A stretch of DNA of 64,000 nucleotides, taken from the NCBI GenBank assembly GCA_963771465.1, contig CAVYTU010000016.1:32001-96000 (forward strand). Reading direction: 5' to 3'. This document shows, piece by piece, positions 19,441-28,861 of the stretch (the stretch's first letter is position 1; every line of letters begins with the position of its first letter). Below the pieces are notes generated by a model. That model was not told the DNA's origin. It ran no database searches and saw only the letters and a program-made list of their open reading frames with translations. Both the position numbers and the translations under genes were made by a program. This stretch comes from an uncultured delta proteobacterium. Lineage in GTDB: Bacteria > Desulfobacterota > Binatia > UBA9968.

Positions 19441-20733
19441 CTATTTTTGCAGCTCACTCGCGACTCGCTGCACTTCGTCCATCACCCGCAGTAGATTGCC
19501 GCTCCAAAGTTTTTCGATTTCTCCTTCGGTATAGCCGCGGCGGACGAGTTCTAACGTCACGTTGAAAGTTTCGCCGGCGTCGTTCCAGCCGGAAATGCCT
19601 CCGCCGCCGTCGAAATCGGAGGAGATGCCGACGTGATCGATGCCGATGAGCTTCACCGCGTAGTCGATGTGATCGACGAGGTCTTTGACCGTCGCGGGCG
19701 GGTCGCCGGGGAATTTCTGATCGATCTCGGCGACTTTCTCTTCGTATGCGGCGCGTTGCGAGGACGATAATTCTTTCAATGCGGCTTGCGCCCGCGCGCG
19801 TTGGCTGATCGAGTTCGGATCGGGCAGGTTATATTCATTTCTCGCTTCCGTGAGAGCCGCTTTGCGCTCGGCCGAATCCGCCTCGGTTGTCTTGATGAAG
19901 CCGTTGTAGGCGACAATCTGGATGACGCCGCCGCTTTCCTTGAGCACCAATAATTGTTCGTCATCCAAATTCCGGCTGACATTGCAGAGCACGCGGGCGG
20001 CGGAGTGGGATGCGATGATCGGCGCCTTGGACAGTGCGGCGGTTTGCAGCATCGAATCCTTCGACGCGTGGGATACGTCGACCATGATTCCGAGCCGATT
20101 CATCTCGCCGATGACTTGCTTGCCGAGCGGCGACACGCCTTGCCACTTCCATCCTTCGCGCTCGCCGGTATGGGAGTCGCCGAGTTGGTTGTGGCCATTG
20201 TGAGTGAGCGAGATGTAGCGCGCGCCGCGCTCGTAAAATTCCGTCACCCGACCCAAATCTTCGCCGAGCGGGTAGCCGTTTTCTACGCCCATGAGCGCAG
20301 CTTTTTTGCCTTTTGCGTGGATACGGCGAATGTCCGCTGCGCTCAATGCCAATTCAATTTGCTGCTGCGCGATCTCACGAGTGAAGCGGTGCACCGCAGC
20401 GAATTTTTCCACCGCCTTCGCGTAAGCGCGCTCGTAGCCTACCGGCTTCAGTGCATCCGGATTCTGGGATTCCCGCGTCTGACCGACGTAAACGACGAAG
20501 AATAGCGCGTCCACGCCACCGTCGATCATATTGGGCAGATTGAATTGTGTTTGCACGCGTTGGGTGTAGTTTTGCTCGCTGATCAGATCTGCCGGTTCGA
20601 AATCGATGTGCGAGTCGAGCACGAGGACGCGCTCGTGGACTGCGCGGGCTTTTGTCGCTAGCTCCGCTTGGGCAGTGGAACCAGCTTCGCTGGCGGGCGG
20701 CTTCGCTCGGGGTCGGTCGGGATTTGGGATCAT
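19441..20733 (-). CDS. Membrane dipeptidase (peptidase M19)
   Basis: LDSHID, GVENG, SLTHNG, VDVSH, IASHS, RNLDD, GISSDFDG. Confidence 0.92.
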   Translation of the reverse strand: MIPNPDRPRAKPPASEAGSTAQAELATKARAVHERVLVLDSHIDFEPADLISEQNYTQRVQTQFNLPNMIDGGVDALFFVVYVGQTRESQNPDALKPVGYERAYAKAVEKFAAVHRFTREIAQQQIELALSAADIRRIHAKGKKAALMGVENGYPLGEDLGRVTEFYERGARYISLTHNGHNQLGDSHTGEREGWKWQGVSPLGKQVIGEMNRLGIMVDVSHASKDSMLQTAALSKAPIIASHSAARVLCNVSRNLDDEQLLVLKESGGVIQIVAYNGFIKTTEADSAERKAALTEARNEYNLPDPNSISQRARAQAALKELSSSQRAAYEEKVAEIDQKFPGDPPATVKDLVDHIDYAVKLIGIDHVGISSDFDGGGGISGWNDAGETFNVTLELVRRGYTEGEIEKLWSGNLLRVMDEVQRVASELQK

Positions 20734-20776
20734 GATTTACCGCAAAGCTACTATACCAGACTGAAGGCGACGGTGA

Positions 20777-22501
20777 CTACTTTGCTAGCGGTGCGCCCTC
20801 GGGACCAATGGCGAAGCGTTCAAGCACGTGTCGCGTCATGGCAAGGGCGAGCTCGTGCTCGCCAAGAAATACCTTGCCGGCATTTTCCTTTTCCAGCAGC
20901 GCCGCTTCTTCTTCACTGTGCGTACGCACAACCGTCTCGATGCGCGGGTTGACCGTGCGCGCGATCTCGATCATGCGGCGAACGTTGGGCGTATCAGGCG
21001 TGGCGATTACCAGCACGCGGGCGCGTTGGATATGCGCTTGAATGAGAACCGCGGGATCGGCGGCGTCGCCGGACACGGCCGGGATATCGCGCGCGCGCAG
21101 CTTTTCGACGATCTCGCGATTTTCTTCGGCGACCACAAACGAGATGCCCTTCGCGGTCAGCGCCTCGCCGATGCGCCGACCGACGCGCCCATAACCGACC
21201 AGCACGACCTGGCCGGTAAGACGGTTGAGATCGACAGTCATCGGCAGCGTGGCCAGGGGATCGTCGGGGCGCTCCATGGCTTGAGCGAGCTTCGAGCGCG
21301 CGCGAATCCAAGCTTGCGCCGGTTCGATGGCGCGGAAGAGCAAAGGGTTAAATGCGATTGAAATAATTGCTCCAGCGAGGATCAGACTCTGACCTTCGGC
21401 CGGCAATAGCCCCAGCGAAAGTCCCAATCCAGCCAAGATGAAAGAAAATTCGCCGATCTGGGCAAGGCTCGCGGAGACGGTGAGCGCGGTATTCAACGGA
21501 TAGCGGAAAAGCAAGACGAGTATAAATGCCGCCAATGATTTGCCGAAAATGATAATGACCGCGACCACGATGACGTGCATTGGCTCGCGAACCAATACTT
21601 GCGGGTCAAAGAGCATGCCCACCGAAACAAAAAACAACACCGAGAACGAGTCTCTGAACGGCAGCGACTCTTCCGCGGCGCGATGGCTGAGCGGCGATTC
21701 GCGCATCATCATGCCGGCGAAAAACGCGCCCAGAGCAAAGGACACGCCGAAGAGCGCGGCGGAGCCGTAGGCGATGCCGACGGCAGTGGCGATCACGCAT
21801 AAGGTGAACAGCTCGCGCGAGCCGGTGCGCGCCACCTGCCAAAGTAGTTTTGGAAATAGGCGGCGGCCGACGACTAACATGAGCGCGATAAACAGCGCCA
21901 CCTTGCCGAGCGTGAGTGCGAGCGTCGTTACTAAGCTGGGATCGCCGGCGGCGGTCTGACTCGGAGAGATGCCGCCGAGGGTCAATGAGAGTGGTGGGAG
22001 TAAAACCAGCACCACAACCGTAACCAGGTCCTCGACCAGTAGCCAACCGACGGCGATACGGCCGTTGACGGTTTCGAGTATGCCGCGGCTTTCCAACGCC
22101 CTAAGGAGCACGACGGTACTGGCGACGGAAAGCGCCAGGCCGAAGACGATCCCAGCGGCTAGGCTCCATCCCCACATCGTGGCGACGACGAAACCGAGCA
22201 GCGTGGCGACAATGATTTGCACGATGGCGCCGGGCAACGCGATACGGCGTACGGCTAAAAGATCGTCCAGGGAAAAATGCAAGCCGACGCCGAACATCAA
22301 TAGCATTACGCCGATTTCGGCGAGCTGGCTCGAAAGTTCAAGGTCGGCCACGAACCCCGGCGTGGCGGGACCGAGGATGATTCCTGCGATCAAATAGCCG
22401 ACTAGAGCGGGCAGCTTGAGACGCACGGCAAGCAGTCCGGTGATCAAGGCCAATCCCAAGGCCGCAGCAATCGTGGTGATCAAAGTTACGCTGTGCGGCA
22501 C
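20777..22501 (-). CDS. ybaL: YbaL/RosB family CPA2 cation:proton antiporter with TrkA-N domain
   Basis: GVMLLMFGVGLHFS, LSVASTVV, GWLLVED, LAQIGEFSF, VGYGRVG, GDAAD; AGGAG RBS. Confidence 0.9.
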   Translation of the reverse strand: MPHSVTLITTIAAALGLALITGLLAVRLKLPALVGYLIAGIILGPATPGFVADLELSSQLAEIGVMLLMFGVGLHFSLDDLLAVRRIALPGAIVQIIVATLLGFVVATMWGWSLAAGIVFGLALSVASTVVLLRALESRGILETVNGRIAVGWLLVEDLVTVVVLVLLPPLSLTLGGISPSQTAAGDPSLVTTLALTLGKVALFIALMLVVGRRLFPKLLWQVARTGSRELFTLCVIATAVGIAYGSAALFGVSFALGAFFAGMMMRESPLSHRAAEESLPFRDSFSVLFFVSVGMLFDPQVLVREPMHVIVVAVIIIFGKSLAAFILVLLFRYPLNTALTVSASLAQIGEFSFILAGLGLSLGLLPAEGQSLILAGAIISIAFNPLLFRAIEPAQAWIRARSKLAQAMERPDDPLATLPMTVDLNRLTGQVVLVGYGRVGRRIGEALTAKGISFVVAEENREIVEKLRARDIPAVSGDAADPAVLIQAHIQRARVLVIATPDTPNVRRMIEIARTVNPRIETVVRTHSEEEAALLEKENAGKVFLGEHELALAMTRHVLERFAIGPEGAPLAK

Positions 22502-22851
22502 AGTCTTGCTCCTATAAATCGGCTGCTCTAAATCGGATCGATCCGCAAATTCGCAAATCGAGCGGGAAAAAGAGTAGCTTCAGATTGACCCTAACTTTCC
22601 GGCGATGAGCCGCGGAACGCGCTGTGTTTAGCATCGGACGGCGCGTAAAAAGGTTGCGTAGTGAAACAACGTGCCGACAAGTTACCCTGAATAAGTTTTA
22701 CTGGCAACTTTCCCTGGCGAAATTGTTCGAGCCAGAATTATTTTACTCCGCGCGCCTATCAGCGCTCGCTATTCTACGAGGTTCATTTGCGCTACTCTCA
22801 ACGCATTGCAACTTTCCGCAAGATTTTTTCATTCAACGGAGATTATTCTTC

Positions 22852-24075
22852 ATGGAGCGCAAATGGTGGCTCGTCATCTTTGGCTGTATCACACACGCGG
22901 TGAATACCGGCTTCTGTTACTTCGGCATGAGCGCGTTTTTTCCATCCATCGAACGCGAATTCGGCTGGAGCCGGACGGCGATCTCTGGAGCGTTTTCGTT
23001 AGCGCGCATCGAGTCGGGATTGCTCGGGCCGATCGAAGGCTATTTCGTCGATCGGGTCGGGCCGCGCCGGATCATGTATATCGGCATCGTGATTTGCGTG
23101 CTGGGTTTTGTCTCGTTGAGCTTCGTCCAGTCATTGCCGATGCTCTATGTGTCGATCGTGCTTGGCATCGTGCTCGGCTCCAGTCTCGGCTACCACATGC
23201 CGATCAGTTTACTGATCGCCAAGATTTTTCACCAACGGCGCAGTTTTGCTTTCGGCGTTTTTCGCATGGGACCGGGACTGTCCGGCGCGATCGTGCCGCT
23301 GGTCGGTGCGATGATCGTGTGGTGGGGTTGGCGCACGGCCGCCGTACTATCGGGCAGCATGCTGCTGATCGCCGGATTGCCGATGGCTTACGTGATCAAT
23401 AAGATCGCGCAGGCCGAAGAACGCGATCAGGAGTTGGCCGCCGCCGCAAACTTCGGCACGCATTCACCGGCGCATCGCTCTTTAGACCCGCAGTTTACAT
23501 TGAAAGAAGTGTTGCGCCTCAAAGCATTCTGGTTTCTCTCCATCGCCATGGCGCTGCGCCACATGGTCACCGAAGGCGTGTCGGTGCATTTCGTGATTCT
23601 CCTGGTCGACCGTGGTTGGAGCACCGAGGCGGCGAGCAGTTTGCTGGGCGTGTCGGCGCTGATCGGCGCGCCGACACGCATCGGTATGGGTTGGCTGGGA
23701 GACATGGCGGATAAGCGAAAACTCATCATCGGCTTGTTAGCGGCGTTGAGCTTCTCCGTATTTTTGATGGGTTATACTGCCGTCGCGGTCGTATTTACGC
23801 CGTGCATGATCATCTACTCGCTCGCCTACGGCGGCTTGGCGTCGCTGCAAGAACCGATTCGCGCCGACTATTTTGGCACCCAATCGTTCGCGACGATTCA
23901 AGGCGTCAGCCGCACCGTGACCACGGTTGGCACGTTCATGGGTCCTATTCTCGCCGGTTACTTGTTCGACGTGACCCATAGCTACACTCTCGCGTTCGGA
24001 ATTTTTGCCGTGGTTAGTTTGCTGTCAATGCTGTTGATGTTTCTGGCGACGCCGCCCGCGGTGCAAAGCAAATAG
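22852..24075 (+). CDS. MFS transporter
   Basis: About 12 TM helices, motif A GYFVDRVGPRR, GWLGD; start moved to ATG 22852 (GGAG RBS). Confidence 0.9.
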   Translation: MERKWWLVIFGCITHAVNTGFCYFGMSAFFPSIEREFGWSRTAISGAFSLARIESGLLGPIEGYFVDRVGPRRIMYIGIVICVLGFVSLSFVQSLPMLYVSIVLGIVLGSSLGYHMPISLLIAKIFHQRRSFAFGVFRMGPGLSGAIVPLVGAMIVWWGWRTAAVLSGSMLLIAGLPMAYVINKIAQAEERDQELAAAANFGTHSPAHRSLDPQFTLKEVLRLKAFWFLSIAMALRHMVTEGVSVHFVILLVDRGWSTEAASSLLGVSALIGAPTRIGMGWLGDMADKRKLIIGLLAALSFSVFLMGYTAVAVVFTPCMIIYSLAYGGLASLQEPIRADYFGTQSFATIQGVSRTVTTVGTFMGPILAGYLFDVTHSYTLAFGIFAVVSLLSMLLMFLATPPAVQSK

Positions 24076-24364
24076 GCTCGGCGGTGTTGGCAAACTCATT
24101 CTCTCCCATCGGCGGACTGGCGCAATCTGCTCGAATTCACCGCGCCGACCGCCGCCGGGTGCGCTTCAGAATTCATCGACGATCGCTTTTGGCAAAAGTG
24201 CTTGACAATCGTCGCGCGGACGGGCGATAGAGATAGCGACCCTTTCGGTCGAGGGCGCCGTTGAAACCCGGCCGCGACGCGGCTTCTTTCTTTTCTGAGC
24301 ATAAACAACAAACGTGTGGCAAATTCTCCGCAACTCAGTAATTTCCACTAACGAAAGGTAGTCG

Positions 24365-25492
24365 ATGAAAATTGCTGCTATTGAATTGATCGAATTACAA
24401 AATATTCCGGTCACGCCGCCGGTGTTCAAACAACCGCTGCGCACCGGCGTGCGCGTGGTGAAAGTGAAAACCGACAATGGCTTGGTCGGGCTCTCGCAAC
24501 TTGGCGGGTTCATGCACTCGGCGGGTGCCGCTTTCCTGCGCGAAGAACTTGCGCCGTTTCTGATCGGCAAAGATCCGCTGGAAAATGAGCGCTTGATGCA
24601 TCAAATGCTCTGGAAGTTTAACACCCGCGGACACTCGGGAGTTTGGAACTTCGCCGTCAGCGCGATCGATGTGGCGCTTTGGGATATCAAAGGCAAGTTT
24701 TACAACACACCGGTGTGGCGTCTTTTGGGCGGCGCGCAAAAGTCCGTTCCGGCCTATGTCACTTTTGGGCTGCGCGCTTATAATCGGGACGAGCTTGCCG
24801 AAGCGGCCAAATATTGGGCCGCCAATGGACAACACCGGTTGAAAATTCAGGTGGGTCGCTCGAACATCCGGGGCGCGATGGACCCTACGGGAGCGAGCGC
24901 CGAGCATCGTGAAGATAGCCCGGCTGAAGATGCAGCTCGCGTCAAAGCGGTTCGCGAAGCCGTCGGCGACGACGCCGAGTTGATGGTGGATGCCAACTGT
25001 CTGATGAAACTCGATAACGCTGTCAGATGGTGCAAGCGTTTCGAACCCTATAATCTCATGTGGTTTGAAGAACCCATCGTGCACAACGATCCGCATCTTC
25101 TGGCACAGTTGCGCAAGCAGACCAGCATTCCCATCGCCGCCGGGCAATGGGAGAACTTTGCCAAGCTCGCCGATCTGGTCAAGCAGGACTCGGTGGATTT
25201 TGTCAATATCCACGTGCTCTCGGTGGGCGGATTTACCATGGGCATGAAGGCCGCTGGATTGGCCCAGGCTTTCAACCTACCCATCGGTAACGGCGATCAT
25301 TTCGATTTTCACTTACAGGCGGCGGTGCCCAACGGCTGGCGCGCGGAAATCCACGTCAACAACTGGTTGACCGCCAACACCGTTTACAAAGAGCTGCCTA
25401 AGCTATCGGATGGCTGGGTGACGTTAACCGAGAGGCCCGGTCTCGGCGTTGAACTCAACGAAGACACGGTGAAGGAATTTCAAGTCAAATAA
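24365..25492 (+). CDS. Mandelate racemase/muconate lactonizing enzyme family protein
   Basis: SAIDVALWDIKGK, PVWRLLGG, MVDAN, WFEEP, PGLGVE. Confidence 0.9.
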   Translation: MKIAAIELIELQNIPVTPPVFKQPLRTGVRVVKVKTDNGLVGLSQLGGFMHSAGAAFLREELAPFLIGKDPLENERLMHQMLWKFNTRGHSGVWNFAVSAIDVALWDIKGKFYNTPVWRLLGGAQKSVPAYVTFGLRAYNRDELAEAAKYWAANGQHRLKIQVGRSNIRGAMDPTGASAEHREDSPAEDAARVKAVREAVGDDAELMVDANCLMKLDNAVRWCKRFEPYNLMWFEEPIVHNDPHLLAQLRKQTSIPIAAGQWENFAKLADLVKQDSVDFVNIHVLSVGGFTMGMKAAGLAQAFNLPIGNGDHFDFHLQAAVPNGWRAEIHVNNWLTANTVYKELPKLSDGWVTLTERPGLGVELNEDTVKEFQVK

Positions 25493-25527
25493 ATAAACCA
25501 CAAATCGCAAAATCGTCTGGAGGAAAA

Positions 25528-26577
25528 ATGATTAACCGGAAAATCATCGCACTGATTGTCATCGCTTGCTCTCTCTATCTATTCGGATCGCCGTCGCGCG
25601 GCGCCGCCCAAGAGCCGTTCTACAAAGGCAAAACCATCCGCATTATCGTAGGCTTTACGCCCGGCGGTTTCTACGACCGCTGGGCCCGTCTATATTCGCG
25701 CTACATGCCGAAATACATTCCCGGCAGCCCGGAGATCCTGGTTCAGAATATGCCCGGCGCCGGTTCGCTGGTAGCGGCAAATCACGTCTATAACGTAGCC
25801 AAGCCCGATGGCCTGAGCCTGGTCATGACCCACTATAATTTTTACATGGACCAGCTCGTGGAGCGCAAAGAAGTCCAGTTCGACGCGCGTAAATTCGGCT
25901 GGATCGGTTCGCCGGTGAGTGAGACCGTCGTCATGTATATGCGCGCGGACGCGCCCTTTAAGACCATCCACGATATGATCAAGGCGAAAGAACCGGCCAA
26001 GTGCGGCTCCTCGGGAACGGCGAGCGGCGATTATATCTTATCGAAGATTTTGGAAGAGAGTGTCGGCGCGAAGATTCAAACCGTGTTGGGGTATCCGGGT
26101 GGCAGCGAAATCGACATGGCCGTCGAAAAGGGAGAAGTGGTGTGCCGCGCCCATAATATTTCCGCCCACTTCGGCCGCGAACCCTTCGATAGCTGGCACA
26201 AGAAAAATTTCGACCGGCACATCGTGCAGACCGGTATCAAGCGCGACCCGCGCATGACCGACGTGCCCACCGTCAACGAACTGTTTGAACAGTATAAAAC
26301 GCCGGATGTCACCCGCCGCGTCGCGCAGGTTTTACTGGCGGGTGGCGACTTCGGTAGGCCGATGATGGTGACGCCAGGCACGCCACCGGATCGCATAAAG
26401 ATTCTGCGCGCCGCCTACGACAAGGCGCTGAAGGATCCGGAGCTATTGCGCGAGGCGGAAAAAGGCAAGATGGACGTCGACCCGACCTCCGGCGAGGAGT
26501 TGGAAGCGCTCATCAAAAAGACTATGGAGCAGCCAAAAGAGGTAATAACCCGAGTGAAAAAGATGCTGGACGGCTGA
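25528..26577 (+). CDS. Tripartite tricarboxylate transporter substrate-binding protein (Bug/TctC)
   Basis: FYKGKTIRIIVGFTPGG, NMPGAG, KPDG, GYPG, PGTP; signal peptide. Confidence 0.9.
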   Translation: MINRKIIALIVIACSLYLFGSPSRGAAQEPFYKGKTIRIIVGFTPGGFYDRWARLYSRYMPKYIPGSPEILVQNMPGAGSLVAANHVYNVAKPDGLSLVMTHYNFYMDQLVERKEVQFDARKFGWIGSPVSETVVMYMRADAPFKTIHDMIKAKEPAKCGSSGTASGDYILSKILEESVGAKIQTVLGYPGGSEIDMAVEKGEVVCRAHNISAHFGREPFDSWHKKNFDRHIVQTGIKRDPRMTDVPTVNELFEQYKTPDVTRRVAQVLLAGGDFGRPMMVTPGTPPDRIKILRAAYDKALKDPELLREAEKGKMDVDPTSGEELEALIKKTMEQPKEVITRVKKMLDG

Positions 26578-26692
26578 TTTTGAAGTTTAACAAAAAATTG
26601 GCCTGCGGATGGCCATACTTGATGCTTGGACCAAGGAGATTTGCGGCTGATGCCTGACCGATGGCGACTTTGAGCAAAGGAGTGATGCAGTC

Positions 26693-27730
26693 ATGGGAAC
26701 GCACTGGCACAAGAAATTCTTCGCCGTGACGGCGGCGGTCCTAATGGTTGCCGGACCGGCGCAAACCGCCGTAGCAAAACTCGACTGTGGCCCGACTGTA
26801 AATCCCAGCAACGATCTCCCGCGCACGGTTGCGGTCGCTTCGAACTTGCCCGGCACCGGCGCGCACGCGATGGCTTCAGGCTTAGCCGCCGTCGCCAGTC
26901 GGGTGACGCAGATCTCCACTAAAGTTCAGCCCTACAATGGCCCCAACGCGTGGATGCCTTTGCTCGAAACCGGTGAAGTCGAGTTCGGCTTTATCAACAT
27001 TCTCGATGCGAATATGGCAGCTACCGGCACCGGCAACTATAAAAAAGCCTATCCAACTCTGCGCGTCGTTTCGGGTGGCGTCTTTCCCTTTACCGGCAGC
27101 CTTTTGGTGCGCGACAAGTCCGACATCAAGCGGCCGAGCGATCTCAGGGGCAAGCGCATGGCTTGGGATTTCGGCGGTCATGCGATCACTCAGACTTGGC
27201 AAAACGCCGCGATGGAAGTCAGCGGCCTAAAACCGAGCGACGTGACGCAAGTGCGTTTTTCCAACCTCAACGACGCAATACGAGCCGTTCCCGAAGGCAG
27301 AGTAGACGCGACGTTCGCCGCCATCGGCATCGGCATCAATGAAGAAGCCAATGCCACTGAGCCCATCCGATTCCTGAGTTTGCCGGCCGGCGACGCATCC
27401 AACAAGATTCTTGCCAAATACGGCGCATCGATCGTTCGGCAAGATCAAACTACCGGCATTCGCGGCGATACCGATGTGATCGGTTACGCGCTTCACGTCG
27501 CTTCTTCGACGAAGATCAGCGATCGGACCGTCTCAACATTGCTCAAAGCGTGGTGGGACAACCTCGCCGAACTGCACACCATTCATCCACAGTTCAAGAA
27601 GTGGACCAAGGACGTTCAGGCGATCACCAATTTTACCGTGCCGTATCACAGCGGCGCAGTGAAGTTTTACAAAGAGGCGGGTGTTTGGTCGGCGAAGCAC
27701 GACGCGCGCACCAAAGAGCTCTGCGGTTAG
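26693..27730 (+). CDS. TAXI family TRAP transporter solute-binding subunit (copy 1)
   Basis: Signal peptide, DLRGKR, VPYHSGAVKFYKEAG. Confidence 0.88.
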   Translation: MGTHWHKKFFAVTAAVLMVAGPAQTAVAKLDCGPTVNPSNDLPRTVAVASNLPGTGAHAMASGLAAVASRVTQISTKVQPYNGPNAWMPLLETGEVEFGFINILDANMAATGTGNYKKAYPTLRVVSGGVFPFTGSLLVRDKSDIKRPSDLRGKRMAWDFGGHAITQTWQNAAMEVSGLKPSDVTQVRFSNLNDAIRAVPEGRVDATFAAIGIGINEEANATEPIRFLSLPAGDASNKILAKYGASIVRQDQTTGIRGDTDVIGYALHVASSTKISDRTVSTLLKAWWDNLAELHTIHPQFKKWTKDVQAITNFTVPYHSGAVKFYKEAGVWSAKHDARTKELCG

Positions 27731-27769
27731 CAAAAGAATGGTGTATCGGAGTAAAGGAGTGACGGAGTA

Positions 27770-28810
27770 ATGAGTGGTACTGACTTTTGCAAAAAGCTAT
27801 CGGCGTCGTTGGCGGCGATTCTATTAGTCGTTGCGCAGTGTCAGATCGTTGAAGCCAAGCTCGACTGCGGGCCGACCACGAATAAGAGCATTCAACTGCC
27901 GCGCACCATCGCCATCGGCACCAATCCCGCCGGCACCGGCGCGCACGCGATCGCTTCGGCGCTGGCCGCGATCGCCAGCAAATCGACCCAGGTGTCGGCC
28001 AAGGTGCAGCCTTACAATGGCCCCAACGCGTGGATGCCATTGTTGGAAAGCGGTGAGATCGAGTTTGGCATCATCAACATTCTCGATTCGAACATGGCGG
28101 CGACGGGAACCGGCAATTACAAGAAAGCCCATCCGAGCATCCGCGTCGTCGCCGGCGGCGTGTTTCCATTTACCGCCGGACTGATCGTGCGCGACAGGTC
28201 TGATATCAAGCAGATGTCCGATCTCAAAGGCAAGCGCGTCGCGTGGGATTACGGCGGTCATGCGATCAATCAAACCTGGCAGAACGCCGTCATGGAAGCG
28301 AGCGGTTTGAAGTCCACGGACGTCAATCAAGTGCGCGTGTCGAACTTGAACGACGGTGTGCGCGCGGTGCCGGAAGGAAAAGTCGACGCGGCGTTTACGG
28401 CGGTCGGAATCGGCATCGTCGAGGAGGCCAACGCCATGGAGCCTATTCGCTTCATGAGCATGCCGAACACACCGGCGGCAAATAAGATTTTAGCGCGCTA
28501 CGGCGCCTCGGTGGTGAAGTCGGAGACGGCGACGGGAGTTAAGGGCGATACTTACGTGATCGGCTATCCGCTCCATTTGGCCAGCATGACCAACGTCAGC
28601 GACAAGACCGTGTTCACGATGTTGAAAGCCTGGTGGGATAATCTCGCGGAGTTGGAAACCATGCACCCGCTATTTAAAAAATGGCCCAAGGACAAGCAAG
28701 CGCTTACTAATTTCACCGTGCCCTATCACGCCGGCGCGGTGCAATTTTATAAAGAGGTGAAAATGTGGTCAGCGCCGCATGACGCGCGTACCAAGGAAAT
28801 TTGCCGATAA
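27770..28810 (+). CDS. TAXI family TRAP transporter solute-binding subunit (copy 2, tandem paralogue)
   Basis: Collinear with copy 1 (KVQPYNGPNAWMPLLE, VPYHAGAVQFYKE). Confidence 0.88.
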   Translation: MSGTDFCKKLSASLAAILLVVAQCQIVEAKLDCGPTTNKSIQLPRTIAIGTNPAGTGAHAIASALAAIASKSTQVSAKVQPYNGPNAWMPLLESGEIEFGIINILDSNMAATGTGNYKKAHPSIRVVAGGVFPFTAGLIVRDRSDIKQMSDLKGKRVAWDYGGHAINQTWQNAVMEASGLKSTDVNQVRVSNLNDGVRAVPEGKVDAAFTAVGIGIVEEANAMEPIRFMSMPNTPAANKILARYGASVVKSETATGVKGDTYVIGYPLHLASMTNVSDKTVFTMLKAWWDNLAELETMHPLFKKWPKDKQALTNFTVPYHAGAVQFYKEVKMWSAPHDARTKEICR

Positions 28811-28861
28811 GAAGTTGCAGGATGCGGCGGGATTTAAGACAGTCGTTTTGTTCCTCTACTT

